A stretch of 64,000 nucleotides of DNA from an uncultured Chitinophaga sp. (GTDB taxonomy: Bacteria > Bacteroidota > Bacteroidia > Chitinophagales > Chitinophagaceae), in contig CAYUCU010000003.1 in assembly GCA_964443345.1 (NCBI GenBank), forward strand, positions 5,413 through 69,412, in the 5' to 3' direction. Under the pieces are notes generated by a model. It ran no database searches. It worked only from the letters and a program-made list of their open reading frames with translations, and was not told where the DNA came from. Below, piece after piece: positions 1 to 9,485 of the stretch. A program made the position numbers and the translations under genes. Position 1 is the first letter of the stretch. Each line of letters opens with the position of its first letter.

Positions 1-608
1 GGCATATCATAATAAGCAGCTTTGCTTTCATCCTGCGGAGCAGAGGGGATCATTGTTCCATATGACAGTATCTTAAGGAGGTTGGCCGCAGGTTTTGCCG
101 CAAGATGGGCCAGCTTACCCTGCAGCACTCCGTATGTATCCGTTTCATTGATGGTCATTTTTTCCTGCATGATTATTTCACCCGTATCAATTCCTCCATC
201 TACTTTATGTAATGTTACTCCGGCTTCGGCATCATTGTTCAGCAGATGACGGAGGATCGGTTGCGGGCCCCGGCATTGTGGCAATAGACCATAGTGAAAG
301 TTGATGAAGCCTTTTGCGGGCAGCTCCCATATTTCTTTGGGCAATACAAATGGAAAGGTCATCATCAGGCCAGTGTTGATACCGTATTGAGTTATGGCTG
401 TAGTTAGTTTGTCAACGTAATCATTCCGGGTTACAATGATAAGAGGTACCCCCGTATCCTGGATAAGGCTGCCAATGATCTGTTGCATTTCCTTATTCTT
501 TTTTGTTACCGCTATGGCCCCTACTTTTCCGTAAAACAAAAATTCTTTAATGCCGGGTACGGCAACAGGATTATTGCAAAGTATCAGCGTTTTTATTTCG
601 TTACTCAT
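1..608 (-). CDS. Formyltransferase family protein (Fmt/PurN-like), partial, runs off the left edge
   Basis: Manual translation from ATG at 608: MSNEIKTLILCNNP...GFINFHYGLLPQCRGPQP...GVTLHKVDGGIDTGEII. The N-x-H and D(TG) catalytic motifs of formyl_trans_N are present. Absent from the ORF track because it is truncated. Confidence 0.85.
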   Translation of the reverse strand, partial: MSNEIKTLILCNNPVAVPGIKEFLFYGKVGAIAVTKKNKEMQQIIGSLIQDTGVPLIIVTRNDYVDKLTTAITQYGINTGLMMTFPFVLPKEIWELPAKGFINFHYGLLPQCRGPQPILRHLLNNDAEAGVTLHKVDGGIDTGEIIMQEKMTINETDTYGVLQGKLAHLAAKPAANLLKILSYGTMIPSAPQDESKAAYYDM

Positions 609-614
609 AAAAAA

Positions 615-1772
615 TTATATGCAGAGATAGGTATTCCTCCAGCTGGAGCTTTCGCCGGACGGAAATAATTCATTCGTAAAATCATTCCATTCTTTATCGA
701 TATCGGGATTATCTTCTACCAGCTTTAGTTCCATTAAGTTGCTGCAGCTCAAAAGCCAGGAAGGTCCGTAAGTGTGATTGGTTCCCGCATCGAGTTTTAG
801 CCATCCTCTCGGGCTATCAAAAGAAGCATTACCCAATGCCAAAAGTATTTTGGCGGAATCAGTAGCCCCTGATTTAAATTGTTGCAACACTTCTTTCAGC
901 AACAAACCGGTATCCCAACCTAACAATGCAAAAAGATTAGCTTTTTTATTACAGCTCCTTTGATAGGAATTTGTAAAGGTGTGGTTATGCTCATTTTCCA
1001 GGAAAGAAACCCAGGGAGAGTAACCTCTTGCATTTTGTACTGCAAAAGTATCTCCGGGCAAACCGGCAAGTCCTTCATCCAGCATCATAGGAGATACATA
1101 CAGGCTAAGGTCATACTGACGCTGTAGCGGAATAACTTCACGATAAAACCTTGCAGCCATATCTCCGCTAAACAGGCACAGCAATGATCTTACTTCCGGC
1201 CGTTGTTTTAAAAACTCATCCAGCGGCGCAAGTGTAAATTCTTCTTCTTTAAAGTGTGTGACATGTGTATAGCAGGGGATCCCACCATTTTGCTGATGAC
1301 TGTTTAAAAAAGAATAGCACTGCCTGTATCCGCCATCATAATAGGAAGTAACATAGGCTGCGTGCTTATCAGCTGCTGTAGCAGCCAGTTTTCCGGAAAG
1401 CCTTGTGTGCAGGCAGAAGTTTAAAGAATGAACGATAGTTGTAGAAGCAGCATTCCAGGAGTCCGGAAAGTTAGCCCCCATATTTACCAGCATCATTATT
1501 TTATTGGTCGCGGTAAATAAGGGCTCCAGCATTTCGCCAATACGGTTTTCTGCAATGACAATAACGATAGCGGCATCATCCTGCAACAGTAATTTTTCTG
1601 CCTTTGTATATATTTCTGCTTCATCGGTCCCAAACCCGATATTATCTGTTAGCAGTTTAAACTCCTCATTTATTTTATAGTGAGCAAGGCATGCCTTTAT
1701 GCCATTCAAAATATCCAGGCCCAATGAGGGAAACAAGGTGGAGCGGGGTAATAAGACGCCTATACAAAGCAT
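615..1772 (-). CDS. ABC-type substrate-binding-fold protein (type 1 periplasmic binding protein, LivJ-like) without signal peptide
   Basis: 385 aa. Begins directly with IGVLLPRS beta-strand. C-terminal half has ALLGWDTG and FDSPRGWLKLD, typical of the branched-chain amino acid binding fold. Confidence 0.75.
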   Translation of the reverse strand: MLCIGVLLPRSTLFPSLGLDILNGIKACLAHYKINEEFKLLTDNIGFGTDEAEIYTKAEKLLLQDDAAIVIVIAENRIGEMLEPLFTATNKIMMLVNMGANFPDSWNAASTTIVHSLNFCLHTRLSGKLAATAADKHAAYVTSYYDGGYRQCYSFLNSHQQNGGIPCYTHVTHFKEEEFTLAPLDEFLKQRPEVRSLLCLFSGDMAARFYREVIPLQRQYDLSLYVSPMMLDEGLAGLPGDTFAVQNARGYSPWVSFLENEHNHTFTNSYQRSCNKKANLFALLGWDTGLLLKEVLQQFKSGATDSAKILLALGNASFDSPRGWLKLDAGTNHTYGPSWLLSCSNLMELKLVEDNPDIDKEWNDFTNELFPSGESSSWRNTYLCI

Positions 1773-1804
1773 TGTGTCAGTAGTTGGTAAAGGAGCACAA
1801 ATAT

Positions 1805-1839
1805 AATCCCCCTTCTTCTTTAACAGGAGAAGGGGGATT
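1805..1839 (-). terminator. Hairpin / probable terminator after the tail-collar genes
   Basis: 12-bp inverted repeat AATCCCCCTTCT (1805-1816) / AGAAGGGGGATT (1828-1839), 25 bp past the stop at 1865. U-tract is weak. Confidence 0.55.
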
Positions 1840-1864
1840 GATTTAATAAGATACGTTCAAAAAA

Positions 1865-2404
1865 TCAGTTTCTGCTGGGGAAGATCCCCTCAATACAAAT
1901 AATATAGTTCATCCCTAAGTAAGGGGGCATATTGCTGAAGGGTTGGTTGCCACCTGTTAACCCAATTGTTACTGTCCCTCCCAATGGGGCCATGTTTATC
2001 AGGTCATCTGCGGCGGCACTGTAAAAAGTACCGGGGCCCATGCGTCTTCCTGTTGGGTCTGATCCTAATGTGCCATCACCTGCTGCCTGTACTACTAAGG
2101 TATTGGTAACGGCATGCGTATGTGAAGGCAGATTAGTGCTTAAAAGTGTGGTGCTTGGTGTACCGGACATTTCACCCAGGTCCACACTTGGTAAACCAGG
2201 GCCCTGACCTGTACCGAGAGCTACTCTGCCCCTGAAGTCGGGTACACCAAAAGTAGTTTGACCATTTCCGCCGTAGGTAGTTCCCACAAGTGCGAAAAAG
2301 GCCGTGTTTTGAGCAATAGACATTATCTGACCCTGGCAAAAAAGCCATGATCTGGGTGCAAAATTGCCCGCAAACATGCGGATCTCTGCAATTGTTCCTT
2401 CCAT
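1865..2404 (-). CDS. Phage tail-collar domain protein (microcystin-dependent protein MdpB-like), copy 2
   Basis: Start reset to MEGTIAEIRMFAGNFAP (ATG 2404), 179 aa. Collar motifs GTTYGGNGQTTF, PDFRGR and C-terminal MPPYLGMNYIIC..GIFPSRN. Confidence 0.9.
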   Translation of the reverse strand: MEGTIAEIRMFAGNFAPRSWLFCQGQIMSIAQNTAFFALVGTTYGGNGQTTFGVPDFRGRVALGTGQGPGLPSVDLGEMSGTPSTTLLSTNLPSHTHAVTNTLVVQAAGDGTLGSDPTGRRMGPGTFYSAAADDLINMAPLGGTVTIGLTGGNQPFSNMPPYLGMNYIICIEGIFPSRN

Positions 2405-2445
2405 ATAAAATAGTTTTAAGTAATAAAAAGAATGTGTTACTGGTA

Positions 2446-2985
2446 TTAGTTTCTCGATGGGAAAATACCAAACATGCAAATGATATAATTCATACCAAGA
2501 TAAGGAGGCATGATGCTGAACGGCTGACTACCTCCTGTATTTCCAATGGCAATGGTACCTCCCAGGGGGGCCATGTTTATCAGATCGTCTGCAGCGGCGC
2601 TATAAAAAGTACCGGGGCCCAGGCGTCTTCCGCTGGGATCTGACCCTAATGTGCCATCGCCTGCTGCCTGTACTACTAAGGTATTGGTAACGGCATGCGT
2701 ATGTGAAGGCATCGTGTTTTGAGTAAGCGTTACTGTTGGTGTTCCCGCAAGCTCACCAAGAACAATGTTTGGTAAACCAGGCCCTTGTCCGGTACCTACA
2801 GCTACCCGGCTTCTGAAATCTGGTAATGCAAAAGTGGTTTGCCCGTTTCCACCATAAGTGGTGCCTAATAAAGAGAATAGAGCGGTGTTTTGCGCAATAG
2901 GTAAAATTTGCGCAGCACAGAATGCCCAGTTGCGTGGAGCAAATGTTCCGGCAAACATCCTTATTTCGGCGATGGTTCCTTCCAT
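2446..2985 (-). CDS. Phage tail-collar domain protein (MdpB-like), copy 1
   Basis: 179 aa with the same motifs. Tandem paralog offset 581 bp from copy 2. Confidence 0.9.
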   Translation of the reverse strand: MEGTIAEIRMFAGTFAPRNWAFCAAQILPIAQNTALFSLLGTTYGGNGQTTFALPDFRSRVAVGTGQGPGLPNIVLGELAGTPTVTLTQNTMPSHTHAVTNTLVVQAAGDGTLGSDPSGRRLGPGTFYSAAADDLINMAPLGGTIAIGNTGGSQPFSIMPPYLGMNYIICMFGIFPSRN

Positions 2986-3204
2986 AAAAAAGTGTTTAAA
3001 GGTTTGTGAGAATTGGTTAATGCACTGAAGTTAATATAAATCAGGTTATTGCCAATATTATTTTAGACAAAAGAAGCGGGCTGTTTTTTGCAACTACCAA
3101 CAGGCAAACTAATCAAGTCTTTTTATTTTTATCGGACAGGATCAGGAGTAAGGGGAACTACTTATTGCAAATACAGATCTTCCTGGTTTTGAAGAAAAAG
3201 CCAG

Positions 3205-3705
3205 CTAGTGTCTGAGCCAGCAGATCATTGCAGGATAGGGGCTGATATTGAGTTCACGGGCCTTGCGTTTTTCTGCCGCCATACCCACCCACTCCAGCAT
3301 TGGCACTCCAACATACCTTCCTTCCTTAAAATCATCTGCAATATTCTTTCCACCGCCATTATACCCGCTTTCATGAAATACAAAGTATGGGTCGATGTTT
3401 AAAAAATGGCAGACCGCATAACTCCAGGCTATTGCCATCATCTCTTCTGCACCCTTATCAGCACGCATGCCAATTTCATTTCCGTTCAGTGTTGCTCTTT
3501 CAGCAGCAGGTACCACCGCCAGATGAGCCGCTTCATGTACTATGTCACCGGGGTATTTGAGTTTTGCATGATCAATGATAACGGCTCCTTTTTCTATTAA
3601 AAGCCCCGGAAGAAAACATTCGGCATCGATATCCCTGAATATAACTTTAAGACCTACCTCTTCCAGGAAAAAGATGATCTTGTCGATTATAGCGCCTTCG
3701 TTCAT
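3205..3705 (-). CDS. Hypothetical protein with HExxH metal-binding motif
   Basis: 166 aa. HEAAH followed by a downstream EE (GAEEMMA). Start overlaps the stop of the upstream hydroxylase by 4 bp. Confidence 0.75.
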   Translation of the reverse strand: MNEGAIIDKIIFFLEEVGLKVIFRDIDAECFLPGLLIEKGAVIIDHAKLKYPGDIVHEAAHLAVVPAAERATLNGNEIGMRADKGAEEMMAIAWSYAVCHFLNIDPYFVFHESGYNGGGKNIADDFKEGRYVGVPMLEWVGMAAEKRKARELNISPYPAMICWLRH

Positions 3706-4412
3706 TCCTTGTCCAATTCAATTTTATCTGCCAGTTCGTTTGCTGTGGTTGTATTCATCTGCCGCAGGTGTTCCACTATCCTTGTTTTTTCTTCGGCGCT
3801 GTACTTTGGCCGTAACTCTTCTTCACTGATCTCTTTTTGCAAAGTTGCATTTTCAATAAACATTTTCTTTAGCCAATCATTCACCCGGCAATCTATCACA
3901 AGGTGTACCCGGTCTTCAGTTCCTAAATTACTTACCCGGTGTTTTAAAGACAGATTCAGGTACCAGCATTCCCCTTCCTGCATCGGAACTCTTTCATCCT
4001 GAAGATAAAATTCCACCTTGTCATTCGTTTGAACAGGAATGTGGAATCTCGCTTCTCCTTCTTCAAAGCTCATTTCATAATCGGTATGCTCTTTTATAAT
4101 GGCCCCTGCTTCCAGTTTCATCAGCCGCACAGTTGTTTTTTCACATTCAAAAAAATCAAGAACGGATTTGATATATGGACATCCATCCATCAGCGGTGTA
4201 TCCTTATAGGTGCGCATGGTATCAGAGGAGGAGTGAATGGAGTAATGATTTTCAGGGTCGCCACCAACAGACCGGAGGGGTAAAACACTCCAGCCTCCTT
4301 CGTAATGTTTTTTATTATAATGTTCTTTCCACCAACTGGTTGCCAGGCGATTTGTTTCTGCCTTTAGTTGTGCCACATCAAAGTTTCGTTTCAGTTGCAG
4401 GTATTTTATCAT
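3702..4412 (-). CDS. Aspartyl/asparaginyl beta-hydroxylase family 2OG-Fe(II) dioxygenase
   Basis: HTD (HxD) motif, distal His in LKHRVSN, Arg in DRVHLVID, and RLMKLEAGAIIKEH cupin pattern. Confidence 0.85.
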   Translation of the reverse strand: MIKYLQLKRNFDVAQLKAETNRLATSWWKEHYNKKHYEGGWSVLPLRSVGGDPENHYSIHSSSDTMRTYKDTPLMDGCPYIKSVLDFFECEKTTVRLMKLEAGAIIKEHTDYEMSFEEGEARFHIPVQTNDKVEFYLQDERVPMQEGECWYLNLSLKHRVSNLGTEDRVHLVIDCRVNDWLKKMFIENATLQKEISEEELRPKYSAEEKTRIVEHLRQMNTTTANELADKIELDKE

Positions 4413-4417
4413 CCCTT

Positions 4418-6838
4418 TTACTTATCTCCAATAATTTTTTCAATATGCAATAATTTTCCTGCTGCATCAAATCCTTCTACGATTATTTTAAACCGTTTGC
4501 TTACATCATTATTATAAAAATTCAATTTTACCATCTTTGTCTCCCCATCCGTAAAGATATCGGGATTCCAGTATAATGTTGTCCGCTTGTCTGTTTGCGG
4601 ATGACGGATATTCGTATTGCTGTAATCGGGACTGTAAAATTCTTTCCGGATTGTGTATCCGTTATATTCAACAAACTCCAGTTTATCCGGTTTCTGCTCT
4701 TCTGCAAATTTTTCTTTTGTGTAAACAGAGATAGCGCCTCCGGGATAGGTACTGCCCACGCCAACAAATCCAGCATCAAAATATTTTACCAGTGCTATAT
4801 CAGTAGCCCTTAATGTTCGTAACATAAACACATCGGTAAGCTGCTCATTTAAAAATATACCCACTGCCCATTTTTGTCCTGACATCAAGCTGAAATTCTT
4901 ACGGCTTACAAAACCGCCGCCATTAAACTCTACCTGCTGCACCCTGTTTTTGATCAGGTCAATTGCGTTTAATGATTTATCAGTAATAGGGTCATTTATA
5001 TTATCAATCACTTCTTTTGCCTGTCCTTTGAAAGCTCCGGTAGTATATTTTTCATTTACTTCATCAATTGGTTTTTTATTGCCAATAGCGTTTACGTTTA
5101 CATTCTCCAATTCTTTTACGTCATCCAGTCTTGCCTGCACCTGCTGATGACGAAGATTGACCTCATCCTTATTCTGCAATTGCGCCGGGTTTCTTATCCC
5201 GGCAGTTGTTGAAAAATTTTCCGGTATCAGTACGATCTGTTTTTCCATAGCATTTTCATCCAGCACGACCATAGCCGGTTGTGCTTTTTGATTCTTATCT
5301 GAATAGGCATAGTAGAAGTTTGTTTTACCAAAAAAAACGATTGAGTCAAGCCTGAATCGTCCGTCAGCACCGATAACAGCCTCAATGGTTTGTGAGGAGG
5401 AATCTTCTCCTTCCACTATAAAGCCTGCTTTACCAAAAGCCAATGGCTCTTTGGTCCTGGGATTTAATACGATCCCGGAAATGGAGATCAGTCCTTTATC
5501 TCTGAACCTGTTTGGCTCTACTCCATTTGAAAGTACTTTGGTCCAGTTGAAGCGGCTCCATCCATGTGTAAGCATAAGGTTATCGAGAGCCAGCTTTGTA
5601 GTATCATTCTGATTTTCAAAATACCAGGCCGGGTTATGTATGTATCCTTTCAGGTCGCTTGTCAGTAAAAAACGGGACCAGATATTATCATTGTCGCTGA
5701 ACGTTTTTCCGGGAAGATCAATTACCGCTACGGAACAACTTCTTTGTATCGCTTCCGGAAATACAATTTCCAGGATATTCTCCGCTCTCCTTTCTGTTCC
5801 TTGTTTTATAACAGCAATATCTGCTGCTCCTTTATATTCGCCATTATCTAAAAAACAGATCCGCTCTGCCAGGGGCTTTTTGTCTTTGTTAAAGACCGTA
5901 AAATGCAGAATACCGGAAGGAAGGCTATCTGTTAACAGGTGACCAATAATGGAAGGATAATCTTCAAACTCTATTTCCGTTTCAAACACTACATGATTAT
6001 TGATCTGTACTGCCAGCCACAGGTTCGCAAACTGGTCCTTATCTTTTTCTGCTCTGGAAAGCTGGAATTTTTTTCCTCCTTTTTCATCTTGTACCCGGAG
6101 ATTGATGCCTGAAGATTGAACTTCCGGCAACTGGTAGATTCGTTTTCCGGAAACTGTTTCCACTTCTGCCTGGTATTTTTTTCCAGCCTGCGGCTTAAAC
6201 TGTATTTTTCCTATTCCATCATGAAAACTTCGGAAGGAGGCTACGGTTATGCCGTCATCTGTTTTCAGAACTCCTTCTACATCCGAAGGGGTGCCCCACT
6301 GATCAACCGCTTTAAAACCAACAACAGACAATATCCCGTCCACCAGGTGGCCGCTTTCCGGAAAAAACTGAAGAGAGATGGTCGGGGATGTTGTTGCCGC
6401 AGTTGCGGAAGTGTTGGGTTTGAAAATAAATATGTTGTGGCGGTACACAAATCCTTCATCGTAATTCAGCATATGAGGGGTTATGGCCCTTATGTAATAG
6501 TTTCCCTGCGGGAGTGAATCGGGGATAGCAATATTTCCCTTAATTACGGCACCCATCACCGGGTATTTTTGGTTGCGAATAATATTCCCTTTGCTATCCG
6601 TCATTTGCAGGTAAAAATTACTGCTCAGATCACTCGGTTTCCCGTCACTATACAGGTATGCTTTAAACCAGATCGTCTCCCCGGTTACATAATATTCCTT
6701 ATCATAGTGTATATAAATTTTTTCTGAGGGATGTTCTGTCAGCAAGACGTTCAAAGCCGAATCAATCTTTTGAGCAGAGAGGATGGTGCAGGAGAGCAAT
6801 GCAAAAGCTATTGCACAATACTTAATATTACTTTTCAT
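4418..6838 (-). CDS. Secreted MG2-domain / TonB-plug-like Bacteroidota protein, paralog B
   Basis: Signal peptide, EKIYIHYDKEYYVTGETIWFKAYL, FFPESG, LDNLMLTHGW, C-terminal EFYSPDY and RTTLYWNP. Confidence 0.75.
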   Translation of the reverse strand: MKSNIKYCAIAFALLSCTILSAQKIDSALNVLLTEHPSEKIYIHYDKEYYVTGETIWFKAYLYSDGKPSDLSSNFYLQMTDSKGNIIRNQKYPVMGAVIKGNIAIPDSLPQGNYYIRAITPHMLNYDEGFVYRHNIFIFKPNTSATAATTSPTISLQFFPESGHLVDGILSVVGFKAVDQWGTPSDVEGVLKTDDGITVASFRSFHDGIGKIQFKPQAGKKYQAEVETVSGKRIYQLPEVQSSGINLRVQDEKGGKKFQLSRAEKDKDQFANLWLAVQINNHVVFETEIEFEDYPSIIGHLLTDSLPSGILHFTVFNKDKKPLAERICFLDNGEYKGAADIAVIKQGTERRAENILEIVFPEAIQRSCSVAVIDLPGKTFSDNDNIWSRFLLTSDLKGYIHNPAWYFENQNDTTKLALDNLMLTHGWSRFNWTKVLSNGVEPNRFRDKGLISISGIVLNPRTKEPLAFGKAGFIVEGEDSSSQTIEAVIGADGRFRLDSIVFFGKTNFYYAYSDKNQKAQPAMVVLDENAMEKQIVLIPENFSTTAGIRNPAQLQNKDEVNLRHQQVQARLDDVKELENVNVNAIGNKKPIDEVNEKYTTGAFKGQAKEVIDNINDPITDKSLNAIDLIKNRVQQVEFNGGGFVSRKNFSLMSGQKWAVGIFLNEQLTDVFMLRTLRATDIALVKYFDAGFVGVGSTYPGGAISVYTKEKFAEEQKPDKLEFVEYNGYTIRKEFYSPDYSNTNIRHPQTDKRTTLYWNPDIFTDGETKMVKLNFYNNDVSKRFKIIVEGFDAAGKLLHIEKIIGDK

Positions 6839-6926
6839 TTACCAGGTTATATTAGCTCAAATTAAAGAAATAGAAACAACCTGATCTGGCTGTTTATATA
6901 AACGGCAACCAGGATCATGTTTCTTA

Positions 6927-9485
6927 CTAGTTTTCAATCACCCGTTCGATATGAATTAGCTTACCATAGCTGTCGAACCCCTCTATGATCACTTTGAATT
7001 TATTGCTAACGTCATTATTAAAGAATCTCAGTCTTACGGTATTTTGATCACCCGTTGTATATACATCAGGATTCCACAAAAGAGTTGTCCGTGTATCTGC
7101 GGCAGTATGCAGGGGATCCGATATTGAATAATCCGGGCTATAGAATTCTTTTGTTATTGAATAACCCTCATACCTGATCTCATCAAGCTTCTCTATTCTT
7201 TCGTTGTTGTTTGAATGAAGCTCTTTTGTATAAATACTCAACGCCCCTCCCGGACCTCCGGTACCAGCACCTATAAAGCCCGGCTCATAAAATTTTATCA
7301 GCGCCACTTCATCCATACGTATTGTTTTTAAAAAACTGATATCTGTAAGGGATTCATTTAAAAAAACAGCGATCGGAAAGTATTCTCCCTTTTCCCTTAT
7401 TCCCAGGTCAATAAACCGCACACTGCCCGGCGCCGCACCTCCTGCTGCATCCATCGTCGAATCAAGTGTTTTTTGCTTTTGTTCATACCACTCTTCTGAG
7501 CTGGCTTTGAAAAGGCTGAAATTCTTTGTGTTGACAAAATTACCTCCCTGTTCTGCAAGCTGCTTAACGGATCTTCTGACAAAATCATATACACTTAGTG
7601 ACCGGTTATTCTCCGGTTGATTGATATTATCAAAATTCACCCTTCCCATTTGTGTGAAAACACCTTTGGTATATTTTTCATTCACCTGCTCTATTGGCCG
7701 CTTATTACTGTTGGATTCAATCACTACCGGTGCCAGGTCCTTCGTTTTAGAAAGTATAGAGTTGCCTGACCGGTACCTGTTACTTACTGCTTCACCACTA
7801 ATTGCCATATCTGTCTCTGAAGGTATATATCCGCCTTCACCCGGTACCATACCCAGGTTTGTTACAGCAGCATCTTCCTTAGCCCTGTCCAGCGTAATAT
7901 CTACTGTCTTTTCTCTTCCCTGTACTGTTTTGTATCCATAAAACAATTTTGATTGGCCCCAAAACAACAGGGAGTCAACCACAAACTGACCTTCTGATCC
8001 AACAGGTACTTCAAAACTCTGATTTACTGAATCTTCCGACTCAAGGAAAACAGAAAGCATTCCTCCACTTACTGGTTGTCCGGTCTTGCTGTCTTTCAGG
8101 CTGCCGGAAAGGGTGATCAGGTAGTTGTCTTTATATGTCGGTACCGGCAATTCATTGTCCATGATCTTCTTCCATGAAAATCTTCTCCAGCCATGAGTAA
8201 GCATCAGGTTATCCATTCCCTGCTGTGCAGAATCATTTTGCGTTAGAAAATACCAGCCGGGGTTATTAATATTGCCCCGCAAATCACTCGTCAATAACAA
8301 AGAAGATATTATATCGTCTTTTTGTCTGGCGCCTGAAATTGAGAGATCTGTTACTGAAACAGAAAGACTTCTTTGTACAGGATCAGGGAAATTAATAGCA
8401 AAAATATTTTCCTGTCGTGCACCGGTGCCCTGTTTTATCAGTTCAACGCTACCATTTGACCGATACTCTTTATTATCTACAAAGGTCAGCCGTTCTGCCA
8501 GCGGCATACCATCTGAATTGAATATGGTAAAATGTAAAATACCTGAAGGCATACTGTCTGTAAGCAAATGACCTTTTACAGAATAAAAATCATCAAATGC
8601 CACTTCGTTATCAAACACTATCTTGTTATTCTGTTGTGCCACCACTCTCAGCTGAGAGTACAGTTCTTTTTCTTTTCTGCTTCGGCTTATTACAAACAGC
8701 TTTCCTCCTTTTTCATTTTCAATCTTCAGATTAATGCCTGAAGATTGTGCTTCTGGTAATGGGTAGAAGACCGTTTGCCCCTGAAAAGCAATTGCCGCTA
8801 CATATTTTTTACCGGCCTTAGGCTTGAATTGAAATTTTCCAATGCCATCATGATAACTTTTAAAAGAAGCGATCACAACCGTATCATCTGATCTGATAAT
8901 TCCGTTTATTTCTACCGGCTTGCCCGATGCATCAGTTGCTTTAAAAGCCACTACGGCCAACAGGTCGTCCACCATGTTACCTCCTTCTGGAAAAAAGCGG
9001 ACCGATAAAGGCAAAACAGGCACAGGCCGGCTGCTTTCTTTTGCAGATGGGTTAAAAACAAATAGATTCTTTAGATACAGAAAATCGGGATTACTGTTCA
9101 GCATTGCAGGTGTTGCCGCTCTTACAATATAATTACCCTGTGGAAGTGAATCGGGAATGTTTATGCTGCCAGATACAGTAGCTCCCTTAACCGGGTACTT
9201 TTGGGTAATGATAATTTCACCTTTGCTGTCCAGCAGTTGCAGGTAAAAGTTATAGCTAAGATCACTCGGTGCATTGTTGTTGTACAAATAGGCTTTAAAC
9301 CAGGCGGTCTCGCCGGCAACATAATAGGTCTTGTCGTAATGAATGTACACTTTCTCTCCCGGAGGTTGGGAGGTAAGCCTGTTGAGCGCTGAATCGATCT
9401 TTTTTTGTGCTGCCGCACTTATTGAGAATAAAAGCAGGGTTAATGGCACAAGAATTAGCTTGTTCATAAAAGAAGCATTTAGCAA
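6927..9485 (-). CDS. Secreted MG2-domain / TonB-plug-like Bacteroidota protein, paralog A
   Basis: Same motif series (EKVYIHYDKTYY, FFPEGG, MDNLMLTHGW, RTTLLWNP). The start may be the second Met (MNKL). Confidence 0.75.
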   Translation of the reverse strand: MLNASFMNKLILVPLTLLLFSISAAAQKKIDSALNRLTSQPPGEKVYIHYDKTYYVAGETAWFKAYLYNNNAPSDLSYNFYLQLLDSKGEIIITQKYPVKGATVSGSINIPDSLPQGNYIVRAATPAMLNSNPDFLYLKNLFVFNPSAKESSRPVPVLPLSVRFFPEGGNMVDDLLAVVAFKATDASGKPVEINGIIRSDDTVVIASFKSYHDGIGKFQFKPKAGKKYVAAIAFQGQTVFYPLPEAQSSGINLKIENEKGGKLFVISRSRKEKELYSQLRVVAQQNNKIVFDNEVAFDDFYSVKGHLLTDSMPSGILHFTIFNSDGMPLAERLTFVDNKEYRSNGSVELIKQGTGARQENIFAINFPDPVQRSLSVSVTDLSISGARQKDDIISSLLLTSDLRGNINNPGWYFLTQNDSAQQGMDNLMLTHGWRRFSWKKIMDNELPVPTYKDNYLITLSGSLKDSKTGQPVSGGMLSVFLESEDSVNQSFEVPVGSEGQFVVDSLLFWGQSKLFYGYKTVQGREKTVDITLDRAKEDAAVTNLGMVPGEGGYIPSETDMAISGEAVSNRYRSGNSILSKTKDLAPVVIESNSNKRPIEQVNEKYTKGVFTQMGRVNFDNINQPENNRSLSVYDFVRRSVKQLAEQGGNFVNTKNFSLFKASSEEWYEQKQKTLDSTMDAAGGAAPGSVRFIDLGIREKGEYFPIAVFLNESLTDISFLKTIRMDEVALIKFYEPGFIGAGTGGPGGALSIYTKELHSNNNERIEKLDEIRYEGYSITKEFYSPDYSISDPLHTAADTRTTLLWNPDVYTTGDQNTVRLRFFNNDVSNKFKVIIEGFDSYGKLIHIERVIEN

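Noticed and set aside
1865-2985. Prophage or tailocin
   Set aside because: Only collar-domain genes are present, with no sheath, tube, baseplate, capsid, terminase or integrase in the window.
4418-9485. True alpha-2-macroglobulin or TonB-dependent receptor
   Set aside because: No CxEQ thioester, about half the length of A2M, and no C-terminal beta-barrel pattern.
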